Of a stretch of 64,000 bases of DNA, positions 8,997 through 17,101 are shown piece after piece. The translations under genes were made by a program, and so were the position numbers. Below the pieces are notes generated by a model. The model saw nothing but the letters and a program-made list of their open reading frames with translations, was not told where the DNA came from and made no database searches. Every line of letters starts with the position of its first letter. The first letter of the stretch is position 1. The DNA lies in IMG/VR virus record IMGVR_UViG_3300005056_000001, positions 248,001 to 312,000 of that record. One strand, written 5' to 3'.

Positions 8997-10082
8997 ATGA
9001 AACCATACGATAAATTATTAGAAGAGATTTTCGGGGCATTCTTAGAAATGATGGGATGTGTTATCGACGAAAAAATTATAAAAAATGTTGTTCAGTACTC
9101 TAGTGTCACCATAGAAATGGACGATAGCGAATACTCGGAAGACCCGTCGAACACTTACTATGGAAACGTTAAATACATCAGCACACACCTAAAATATTTT
9201 AATGCTGTTATTGCCGTATACACCAATACAGGAGGTGAATTTTGTATGGGTACATGGGAATTCACCACAAAGGGTCGAGAGGTATTATTTCCTATGATTG
9301 TTCGTGCAATGGGCATAGTAAATAGTACACATATACCAAAGACACTAAAGGTTTGGTGTGGTGACGAGGAGGAGTATGACGGAACATATGGTCTACACCC
9401 CATAAAACAGGTCGAAAAGGCAAAGTTTGACATTAAAAGGTTGCTAGACGACCCCCAATACGAAAAGAATGTATATACCAACAGCACTGATTACCTGTGT
9501 ATGATCAAGGCGTATGCAGAACTGAAGGGTGTGGTTGTCGAATATAGTCTGAACATGAGAGAATCCGACTTTGACGGTATCATGAAAAACTTGGGTGGTG
9601 GTATGGCAGAGGTCGAAAAGATAGAAACCGAAATCAAAGAAAAGAACTTTGCAAAAAAACGTTGTAATATTTTTGACAGGCTCAAGGAAGTATATGACAT
9701 GGACAATCGGGTCTATGTGTCACATCTACACTTCATTGCCTACCTGACCAACCACGATTTCACAAAGGGTAATTTTAAATGGTCATACCTAAAGAATATA
9801 ATCAACGGATTAAGCGGTGATCAGACATTGGACTTGTATTGTCGAATTTTTATTGGAACGCTTGATGTTATTTTACTAGGAGCCGTAGAGAACGCCGACG
9901 TGACCAAGAAGGATTGGTTTTATGATATCCTAGAAAATGCGGTGGTGCCTAAAATACACAAGGAATCACTTTTGGAACAGTGTAAGTCTTGGTGTACACA
10001 CAGCAATGGCGAAGAGGGTCTACGTGAAAGAATGTATGAATGGATCAAGGATATTGATTGGACTAAAACACAGATATTATGA
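8997..10082 (+). CDS. multi-domain hypothetical protein containing an ABC-ATPase C-terminal-like (LHP...TNS) domain
   Basis: Residues around LHPIKQVEKAK...VYTNSTDYLCMIKAY align by eye with the whole of ORF 40896..41234. Confidence 0.65.
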   Translation: MKPYDKLLEEIFGAFLEMMGCVIDEKIIKNVVQYSSVTIEMDDSEYSEDPSNTYYGNVKYISTHLKYFNAVIAVYTNTGGEFCMGTWEFTTKGREVLFPMIVRAMGIVNSTHIPKTLKVWCGDEEEYDGTYGLHPIKQVEKAKFDIKRLLDDPQYEKNVYTNSTDYLCMIKAYAELKGVVVEYSLNMRESDFDGIMKNLGGGMAEVEKIETEIKEKNFAKKRCNIFDRLKEVYDMDNRVYVSHLHFIAYLTNHDFTKGNFKWSYLKNIINGLSGDQTLDLYCRIFIGTLDVILLGAVENADVTKKDWFYDILENAVVPKIHKESLLEQCKSWCTHSNGEEGLRERMYEWIKDIDWTKTQIL

Positions 10083-10462
10083 TATTTATATACATAACAA
10101 GGCAGTGCGATCGCTACCATTTTATTGGGGATTCACTTGTCGAAAAGCACTCGCTCCGTATTATGCAGGTCGAGGATTCTGAAGATTCCGACAGGTTGCA
10201 ACAAGACGTAATGGAACTCCTAGACAAGCAGCACCGCATAGACGAACTGCTTACTAGGGACGTATTGAATACCATTTTCGATGCCCACAAACAAAACCCT
10301 CCATTTTGTGACTTTTGGACTGATGGCACAGGATGGCAAGAGTACGAGTTTGACACGGAAGAAATAATGAGACAGGCAGAGACCGTTCTTTGCAAAAAAT
10401 GGGACATGGAAAATGTCACCGAAATGTTTAATAAAAACAACAACAAACCACAGAGATTATGA
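10079..10462 (+). CDS. hypothetical protein
   Basis: 127 aa, ATGA overlaps on both sides. Confidence 0.7.
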   Translation: MIFIYITRQCDRYHFIGDSLVEKHSLRIMQVEDSEDSDRLQQDVMELLDKQHRIDELLTRDVLNTIFDAHKQNPPFCDFWTDGTGWQEYEFDTEEIMRQAETVLCKKWDMENVTEMFNKNNNKPQRL

Positions 10463-10779
10463 AATACTTCACAGCAGGTAACCGTTTATATCTAGAACTA
10501 AAAGGGGCGACCAACACGGAACGTGCCATCACAGACGGAGCCAAGGACGCATCTGTTTGGCAAGACAAACGAGTCAAATTAAAGGACGGCAAGTTTATCC
10601 ATTCTCAGAATATTGACACCAACGATCTAGGCGGGACATTATTTTTTGGCTACGAATTTATAACCAAAGAAGCATTAGACTTGTATGTAAAAAAGATTTG
10701 GGTTGTTGATTTGCTATTCATTGACTTCACGCTTGAATGTGTCACAAAGGAGTATGAGGATCTTGCTAATCATGCGTAG
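10459..10779 (+). CDS. hypothetical protein
   Basis: 106 aa, ATGA overlap with the upstream gene. Confidence 0.7.
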   Translation: MKYFTAGNRLYLELKGATNTERAITDGAKDASVWQDKRVKLKDGKFIHSQNIDTNDLGGTLFFGYEFITKEALDLYVKKIWVVDLLFIDFTLECVTKEYEDLANHA

Positions 10780-10832
10780 GGTTTTGGTAAAGCTAAACCT
10801 TTACTTTTTTCATTGAAAGTAAAGCCAACCCT

Positions 10833-11483
10833 TTACTTATCGTCCTCCACACGTTCCACCTTTCCTATCTGAGACTGTATCAACATCTGAATATACAATG
10901 CATAGTTCATCATGTCGTTCATGTCCATACATGTCTTTTCGGTGGCCGTTTTCAATCCTTGATGTCTAAACATTTTCGCTTTCATGACATCAAGGATTGT
11001 TTCTATTGACCCCAATTTCCATGCGCTTGCATAGTAAATTTCCTTGTACGGGATTATTGATATTGCATCCTTGTAGGCCTCCGAAAACTTTCTGTTGCCA
11101 ACCATGGCAGAATACATACGTATTTCTTGCATCAGGTTAAACACGATATCCATTTTACCCATCCCATAGGCGGCATGTGCAGCCACAACCTTGAATATTG
11201 TTTGGTCGATCATCCCATTCGTGCTATACGAAGCCACTGTGTCGCCATATTGGGCCTGTTTTTCATTATACAAAACTATGTCAATCGAAAACCTTTCGAC
11301 CGCATAGGCAAGCGTTTCTGTGAGTCCCAAGGACTTCCATCGTGGATTTCCATATTTAACAAGGCAATCTTTGGGTAATTCTAGTCCGAATGGCGTTTGG
11401 TGCTTTTGGTGACGGTATTTGTCTATTTTTTTAGACTCTTCCTCGAGTGACACACTTGCTTGTTTTCTTAATATTTCTCTCAT
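10833..11483 (-). CDS. tandem DUF1599 (nucleotide-modification-associated, all-alpha NTP-PPase-related) protein
   Basis: Two units, LYNEKQAQYGD..MIDQTIFK and YKEIYYASAWK..ILDVMKAKMFR...DMMNYA, match the Bacteroidota two-domain DUF1599 pattern (K..DYG.AW..D.I..K..R...D.iNYa). Confidence 0.65.
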   Translation of the reverse strand: MREILRKQASVSLEEESKKIDKYRHQKHQTPFGLELPKDCLVKYGNPRWKSLGLTETLAYAVERFSIDIVLYNEKQAQYGDTVASYSTNGMIDQTIFKVVAAHAAYGMGKMDIVFNLMQEIRMYSAMVGNRKFSEAYKDAISIIPYKEIYYASAWKLGSIETILDVMKAKMFRHQGLKTATEKTCMDMNDMMNYALYIQMLIQSQIGKVERVEDDK

Positions 11484-11535
11484 GTTTTATTTTTTGGTAT
11501 GTAAAAGGCCTAATGTCATGTACAATACATAACGC

Positions 11536-11564
11536 AAAAAGGGAACAAACTTTCGTTTGCCCCC
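11536..11564 (-). terminator. intrinsic terminator
   Basis: Minus strand gggggcaaac-gaaa-gtttgttccc-ttttt. Confidence 0.8.
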
Positions 11565-11669
11565 TGTCCTCAAAACCGTAGCGAAACTTTGGCGGTGAGT
11601 CTTATTGTCGGCTTTTGTCTTATTGTCGGCTTTTGCCTTATCGACCTCGGCCTTATTTCTGAACATCCA

Positions 11670-11906
11670 TCACCTTCTATATTTTTTAGACATAGACTTT
11701 TGCTTGGCAACAGATTCCTCGTTTCGACGTTGTTGTGTTTTCCTGTTTTTGTATATTTGCTCAAGATCCTTTGAAAAAATCTTAAGCTCATAGAAAGACA
11801 TTTTTTCAAATTCTTTTTTAGAAACGCCTTGTTCCTTTTTCATTCTTAACCACAAGGCACTAAAGTCGATGTCGGATTGGAATGACTGAAGAATCTGATA
11901 GTCCAT
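11670..11906 (-). CDS. baseplate hub assembly protein (T4 gp51-like)
   Basis: 78 aa with EFEKMSFYELKIF (gp51-like M.pyE..i), directly after a gp26-like gene. Confidence 0.55.
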   Translation of the reverse strand: MDYQILQSFQSDIDFSALWLRMKKEQGVSKKEFEKMSFYELKIFSKDLEQIYKNRKTQQRRNEESVAKQKSMSKKYRR

Positions 11907-11916
11907 AACATTTAGA

Positions 11917-12795
11917 CTAGATAGTAAATTCTCTTTTAGACTTGATAAAACCTGTCCAATCGGTTGGAGTAATCCATGTTTTACTTTCTTGAAAGCAACT
12001 TTTACATGTCACTGTACCCTCCTCAGTACCATCCAACACGTATTGTGTCAAGAATTGTAGTTCTTCCATGTCACTGTCAGAAAGTTCTTTGTTAAAACGC
12101 CTTAGATATGTTTTCATAGTATTGTCAGGCTTCTTGCAAATATCTGTGTCTGATGGGTGGTCACGCAAAAAAGTAAACACCTTTGAAAATTCCATAACTC
12201 GTTCCCGTTCCATTTCTCCGCTGTCAACCAACGGTTTTAGTAATTCGTTGGCGGCACTTACCTCATCCAAGGTGGCGGGTAAGTAATACCATACCTTACT
12301 GAAGTGCTCGTTGCCGATAGCAAAAACCTTGCCGTCCCAATACTTGTTGATATGGTCAGGCGTGACTGTGATTAGGTCAGGCGTGAAATGGTTGAACTGT
12401 TTGTGATTGCAACTACCACACGTGCTTTTGAATTGTAGAGGATTTTCAAATTTATTCAATTCACGTATTTTCATCAATAGCTTGGTTCTGTCCAAGCCGA
12501 AAAGATAGTTACCCGAAAGAGGTTTGTCTACACTAGGTACTCTGACACGTGCATGTTTTGCAACCACATATCCCCACATAGTTGCCAACTGCACAGGATT
12601 CTCTAGGTTGATTCCTCCAATCCATTGAAGCGTCTTTACATTCATTTTAGATATCTCAACAGATGAGCCGTTTGGGTAATATTTTCCCCCATAACCCAAT
12701 TCGGACATATCCACTGTAATCCATTTCGTTGGTGAAACAGGCGTTTTTACATTGCCTTTCATCAGTGCCTTTAGGGCGGTTTTTTCTTTTGCCAT
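11917..12795 (-). CDS. baseplate hub subunit (T4 gp26-like)
   Basis: GKYYP, DRTKLLMKIRE and two CxxC pairs (CGSC, CKSC), as in gp26-family proteins. Confidence 0.65.
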   Translation of the reverse strand: MAKEKTALKALMKGNVKTPVSPTKWITVDMSELGYGGKYYPNGSSVEISKMNVKTLQWIGGINLENPVQLATMWGYVVAKHARVRVPSVDKPLSGNYLFGLDRTKLLMKIRELNKFENPLQFKSTCGSCNHKQFNHFTPDLITVTPDHINKYWDGKVFAIGNEHFSKVWYYLPATLDEVSAANELLKPLVDSGEMERERVMEFSKVFTFLRDHPSDTDICKKPDNTMKTYLRRFNKELSDSDMEELQFLTQYVLDGTEEGTVTCKSCFQESKTWITPTDWTGFIKSKREFTI

Positions 12796-12798
12796 AAT

Positions 12799-13152
12799 TT
12801 ATTGTTCAGTATCCCCATTATATATGGCATCCAAAGAGACACCATCCCGTTCCAATTGGGGGTAAGAGTTAATTATTAGATTGGTAATTGTTGTAGTGTA
12901 ATAAGAAAATGGGTTCTTTCTATTGAAATTGAATTTATAATACCTTGTTAACAACCCTTCCATGGCAAACGAAACGACATCGTTTCTGTCTTCTTCTATG
13001 ACATATTTAAAAAGATCCGCCAATTTTTGGGACATGTCATAAAACATTTGCACAAGTTTTCGGGTTGGTTCCCCTTGCCACATAGACATAACCATTTCAT
13101 TGTACATCACTTGTTTGTCGATATCGAGTTTGTCGATCTTTTTTTTTGACAT
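12799..13152 (-). CDS. late-transcription sigma factor (T4 gp55-like)
   Basis: EDRNDVVSFAMEGLLTRYYKFNFNRKNPFSYYTT is the gp55 region-2 motif (FdpeksNPFaYfT). Likely start MSKKK at 13152. Confidence 0.8.
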   Translation of the reverse strand: MSKKKIDKLDIDKQVMYNEMVMSMWQGEPTRKLVQMFYDMSQKLADLFKYVIEEDRNDVVSFAMEGLLTRYYKFNFNRKNPFSYYTTTITNLIINSYPQLERDGVSLDAIYNGDTEQ

Positions 13153-13162
13153 GTATATGTTT

Positions 13163-13321
13163 TTATGAAAGTAAGTGGTCACGCAAATCGTCTTTCTTTA
13201 CCACTTTTGTTCCTTCCTTGAATTCGACGCTGACCTTATCGGTTGTTGATTCAGAAACATTAGCCGAAACTTTTCCTAGTCCGTGTTTTGGGTGATATAC
13301 TTTATCTTCTTCGTTTTTCAT
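13163..13321 (-). CDS. 52-aa Tudor/SH3-like small protein (not in ORF track)
   Basis: Translated by hand: MKNEEDKVYHPKHGLGKVSANVSESTTDKVSVEFKEGTKVVKKDDLRDHLLS; GTACATT box at 13353-13359 upstream. Confidence 0.6.
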   Translation of the reverse strand: MKNEEDKVYHPKHGLGKVSANVSESTTDKVSVEFKEGTKVVKKDDLRDHLLS

Positions 13322-13470
13322 GCTATTTTGTTTTTGTTAAATAATGTTATATAATGTACAATAATCATATTTTTTGTTTGTATTGTACATAATACACAAC
13401 GTTAAAAAATCCGTTTAGTACATATATCGAAGATTTTTTAATAATTAATAGCACACAAAATATTTGCCTC

Positions 13471-15870
13471 ATGAAAAAAGTATATGAATTACAAGCTAAG
13501 CAATTGGTAGATGCGATGAACATCACAAAGCTACTAGGCGATGTTGTTCCATTAACGGTAGAGGGCGTTAGTCTGCGTAAAAGACTGTTGTTAAAGTATT
13601 CCGATGGTTTTAACACCATTACCGAAGCTAATCATGCCTATGCATGTATCAACACACACTGCCAATCAAAATTGGGCAGTATGGACACCCCAATGTTTAA
13701 CATTATCAAAACCCTAAAGGAATCGTTCGACAAGGACATGACACGTATTCGCTTAATTAGTATGGCAGAGCATCTGTCTCTCAGCGAAAATATCGGTTCA
13801 AGGTCTATTGTTGAGGACATTTGTAAAGCCCTCGAAACCAAAGACGATAGTTTGAATTACATTATTGGCGAAGGGGTTTCCCAATACAAGAACGACTACA
13901 AACCGCTAAGTTCTTTGGTTGCCGAAACACGCAAGAATAACCTAAACAAAAATAAGTCGGCAAGTTACACAGTAACAATCCCTGTTGGCTTTGTTGGCGA
14001 AAAGGACAACAAAAAATATTTAAGATTTAAGGACATTTGGTTGTCTATTGACGAAAACAAGAATGTGGCACAGGTTAGCCATGCACCAACCGAATTTATC
14101 ACCATCACGGATGCCATGGAAAAATGCTGTGAATGGAAAGGCGAAGAAAAACGTTACCTTGTTAAGGTTGGCGACAAAAAGTTCTTTGTGAACGACAAGG
14201 GTATTTTTGAGGGTCGTGTAAAATACGACAAGGACAAGTTTGTTGCAAAGGCCCAACTAATGGGCGAATCATGCTCCGAGGCAGCCAATGTTGTTTTATT
14301 CCTGTCTGAACATTTTGAGAATGTCTTTGAATTTGACGAGTGTGTAATGTCTACCAATGAATACAACGACAGAGTTATTTCGGGTAAAATCGGAAACCAA
14401 CCTCTTGTTCTTGTTTTGGAGGGTCGTTACCCGATTGAGGCACGATTTGTGGAAAGCGTTGCAGAAGCAACCCGAATTGCAAGTAAAATTGTGGGCATTG
14501 ACCTAAACGAGGCAATGGTCGAAACAATCGAATCCGAGAAACGCACCAAGGCACAAAAGGAAACCTTCATTAAGGTACAAGAAAAGAAAAGAACCACTTT
14601 CTTGGAAAAGAAAGCAATCACTCTCGAAAAAATTGCAGCAACCGACAAAGGCACAAAACGTCACGAGAAATTGGTAGAGACTCTTCAGATAATCGAGGGG
14701 CATCTAACAAAAACTCAAAACATTATCGAAGGCAAAGACGAGGACAACAAGTTTGTTCCGTTGTCTGAGCGTAAATCTAGTTACAAGGAAGGTGTTGATT
14801 TGAATGAGGCCAAAGACAAGGACGCTGACAAGGATAAAGACAAGGACAAAGACGCTGACAAAGACAAAGATAAGGACGCTGATAAGGACAAAGACAAAGA
14901 TAAGGACGCTGATAAGGATAAAGACAAAGATAAGGACGCTGATAAAGACAAGGACGCTGATAAAGATAAAGATAAAGATAAAGATAAAGATAAAGACAAG
15001 GACGCTGACAAGGATAAAGATGAGGACGCTGACAAGGATGCCGATAAGGACAAAAAATCCGAATCAAAACGTGCCCACATCAAAAATATGGTTGAAAAAT
15101 ACTATCAAAAAGATGCGTCGAACAGCCTACAGGAAAACATGTTGAAGCTTCTTGATGACGAGACTAAAAATCGTTTTTTGGAAAGTCAAAAACAACCTGT
15201 TGGTGACGGAAGAATGGCTGTGCAAAATATCCTTGAGGGTAAGTACAGAAACAAATCGTTTCCGACGATCAACGAGAGCAAGGATGTGTCCGCAACAAGC
15301 CGTATCAAGCAAATGTTGGAGGAGGAGTTTAATTACAAAAGCAAGAACGACAAGCCGCTTACACGTAAGGAGATTATTGAAATGCGTGATGGTGTTAACG
15401 AGCCTATTGTTACTTACGAAGACGCTTATATTAAATGGCTTGATTACGAAGCAAGAGAAGGACTTCTTGAAATTAGTACAGACTTTAGCAAGTCGGAAGT
15501 TATTTATGCATTCGAAAGTTTCTTGAGGGATAATACAAGCTTTGCAATTTCTAAGAGAAAAATGGAATCTGTGGTCAATACAAAAGTATTTAAACGAACC
15601 ATTGAGCCATTTGGATACCGAGTTGTGGGATTAGATGGGTATAAGAGGATTAACGAGGCAAAAGTCTTGCCAACATTTTTAATACGCCTTTCAGACACTT
15701 CGTATTCACAAAAGGAGTTGGTTGCAATGATCAAAAAGGAGGTCAAGAATGACATTGATGTAAATAAAGAAGAAAATGATTTGCTCATTACACCTTCAGA
15801 CAAAAAAGATTTCAAATCTATTATGAAGTTTTTGAAAGATAATGACATCAAGTTAGATTTTGAACTATAA
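13471..15870 (+). CDS. large prohead core / internal head protein with DK low-complexity tract
   Basis: 799 aa, two GTACATA boxes upstream, many (L/I)xE sites (LNEAK, INESK, ILEGK, INEAK) like T4 gp21 cleavage sites, and a coiled-coil. Confidence 0.5.
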   Translation: MKKVYELQAKQLVDAMNITKLLGDVVPLTVEGVSLRKRLLLKYSDGFNTITEANHAYACINTHCQSKLGSMDTPMFNIIKTLKESFDKDMTRIRLISMAEHLSLSENIGSRSIVEDICKALETKDDSLNYIIGEGVSQYKNDYKPLSSLVAETRKNNLNKNKSASYTVTIPVGFVGEKDNKKYLRFKDIWLSIDENKNVAQVSHAPTEFITITDAMEKCCEWKGEEKRYLVKVGDKKFFVNDKGIFEGRVKYDKDKFVAKAQLMGESCSEAANVVLFLSEHFENVFEFDECVMSTNEYNDRVISGKIGNQPLVLVLEGRYPIEARFVESVAEATRIASKIVGIDLNEAMVETIESEKRTKAQKETFIKVQEKKRTTFLEKKAITLEKIAATDKGTKRHEKLVETLQIIEGHLTKTQNIIEGKDEDNKFVPLSERKSSYKEGVDLNEAKDKDADKDKDKDKDADKDKDKDADKDKDKDKDADKDKDKDKDADKDKDADKDKDKDKDKDKDKDADKDKDEDADKDADKDKKSESKRAHIKNMVEKYYQKDASNSLQENMLKLLDDETKNRFLESQKQPVGDGRMAVQNILEGKYRNKSFPTINESKDVSATSRIKQMLEEEFNYKSKNDKPLTRKEIIEMRDGVNEPIVTYEDAYIKWLDYEAREGLLEISTDFSKSEVIYAFESFLRDNTSFAISKRKMESVVNTKVFKRTIEPFGYRVVGLDGYKRINEAKVLPTFLIRLSDTSYSQKELVAMIKKEVKNDIDVNKEENDLLITPSDKKDFKSIMKFLKDNDIKLDFEL
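14812..15052 (+). repeat. coding tandem repeat (DKDKDA)n
   Basis: About 80 codons of gacaag/gataaa/gacgct units inside 13471..15870. Confidence 0.95.
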
Positions 15871-15893
15871 TTTTAATAGACCAAATAATACCC

Positions 15894-15930
15894 AAAAACC
15901 GAACCAATACATTATTGGTTCGGTTTTTTT
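15894..15930 (+). terminator. intrinsic terminator
   Basis: aaaaaccgaaccaata-cat-tattggttcggttttttt. Confidence 0.85.
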
Positions 15931-15983
15931 AATGGTACATACCCTATATTAGCAATTATTTACTATCTTTGAAAAAAATATAA

Positions 15984-17045
15984 ATGAAATTACATAAATT
16001 GTCAGAACGTCTACAGGGTGGTGCGTTCATGGAAGAAAGAGGAATCGAAATAAATTACGGCAACAAAATAAAATACAGCCAACATCAGGGTGATCGTGAA
16101 ATGGCAATTGAACGACTAACAGAATTGTCCATACGTACCATCATGAATCTTTCTTCTAGCAAGATCAAGGGCACCATGAAGGAGTTGTATGACTTGGGTG
16201 TGGCACATGGTGTTCAGAACCTTGTCATTTCCATGGCAAAAGAGTACAATGACAAATATGTCAATACGGATGTTATTACAGACGGTGTCGTGGGTGTTAT
16301 TGAGCGGTACGAGAATAACGGACATCCGTTGTTCCCAAAAAGCCCCAACGGTAAGGCACAGGTCAAACAATATACAATTAGATACCACGAGGGTTCGTAT
16401 CAATACGACAACGAGGTATTCAAGGGTACACTAAAGGATGCCAAGGAGCATGCCAAGTCAAAATTGCAAGAACTGCATGATTATCGTAACGGTAAACTAG
16501 AAGACAGTATTTGGGCAACATTTAGCGATTCAGAGGACGGCGACGAGATGTTTGATGAGCGTGTTAGTATGAAAAGAGGTAAATTTGGCGAAGCACTAAG
16601 CGGGGCAGAATATATAATCGGACAAATACAGCTTGGAAATTCCTTGTATCTATATATGGATGAATATTTAAAACTTGATTTAAAGAGTCAGCGTTTGGTT
16701 ATGGCGGCAAATGCGAAATATGTGAAAGACAAGGAAGCTGCCGAAGACGAAGATTTAAAAAGAAAGGATATTTCTCCTAAAGGTCAAAAGACTCTCGATT
16801 TGTTAATTGCAAGATACAACGATGATCTTGACTATTTAAAAGACCGAATTACTAGAGGCGCACCTAGAGACAAACGAAGAGTGTTTAAGTCGTTTATGGC
16901 AAGATGGGCTGTGTACGATGATGAAATGCACAGTTTACTTAGGGATGAATACGGTCTTAAATGGTCTTATAATCAAAAGGCAAATGATATATATAAGAAG
17001 ATTGAGACGTATGAACCAATCAAGCACAAATATATAGGAAGATAG
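15984..17045 (+). CDS. hypothetical late protein (possible internal head protein)
   Basis: 353 aa; GTACATA at 15935-15941; N-terminal MKLHKLSE looks like a protease-cleaved leader. Confidence 0.6.
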   Translation: MKLHKLSERLQGGAFMEERGIEINYGNKIKYSQHQGDREMAIERLTELSIRTIMNLSSSKIKGTMKELYDLGVAHGVQNLVISMAKEYNDKYVNTDVITDGVVGVIERYENNGHPLFPKSPNGKAQVKQYTIRYHEGSYQYDNEVFKGTLKDAKEHAKSKLQELHDYRNGKLEDSIWATFSDSEDGDEMFDERVSMKRGKFGEALSGAEYIIGQIQLGNSLYLYMDEYLKLDLKSQRLVMAANAKYVKDKEAAEDEDLKRKDISPKGQKTLDLLIARYNDDLDYLKDRITRGAPRDKRRVFKSFMARWAVYDDEMHSLLRDEYGLKWSYNQKANDIYKKIETYEPIKHKYIGR

Positions 17046-17070
17046 AGACTTAAGTATAATTACAATAAAT

Positions 17071-17101
17071 AAAAAAAGCCTGTCAAATGACAGGCTTTTT
17101 T
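17071..17101. terminator. bidirectional terminator
   Basis: aaaaaaagcctgtca-aa-tgacaggcttttt between convergent genes. Confidence 0.85.

Noticed and set aside
11570-11906. Programmed -1 frameshift (tail-chaperone style) joining 11670..11906 and 11570..11809
   Set aside because: The frames are related by +1, not -1, and the -1 frame closes almost immediately.
14812-15052. Possible CRISPR array or attachment repeats
   Set aside because: No constant repeat with unique spacers; the repeats are in-frame coding. No CRISPR array or cas gene seen anywhere in the window.
14777-15145. ORFs 14777..15067 (-), 14781..15083 (-) and 14804..15145 (+) with LS/LY/KT repeats
   Set aside because: Shadow frames of the DK coding repeat inside 13471..15870.
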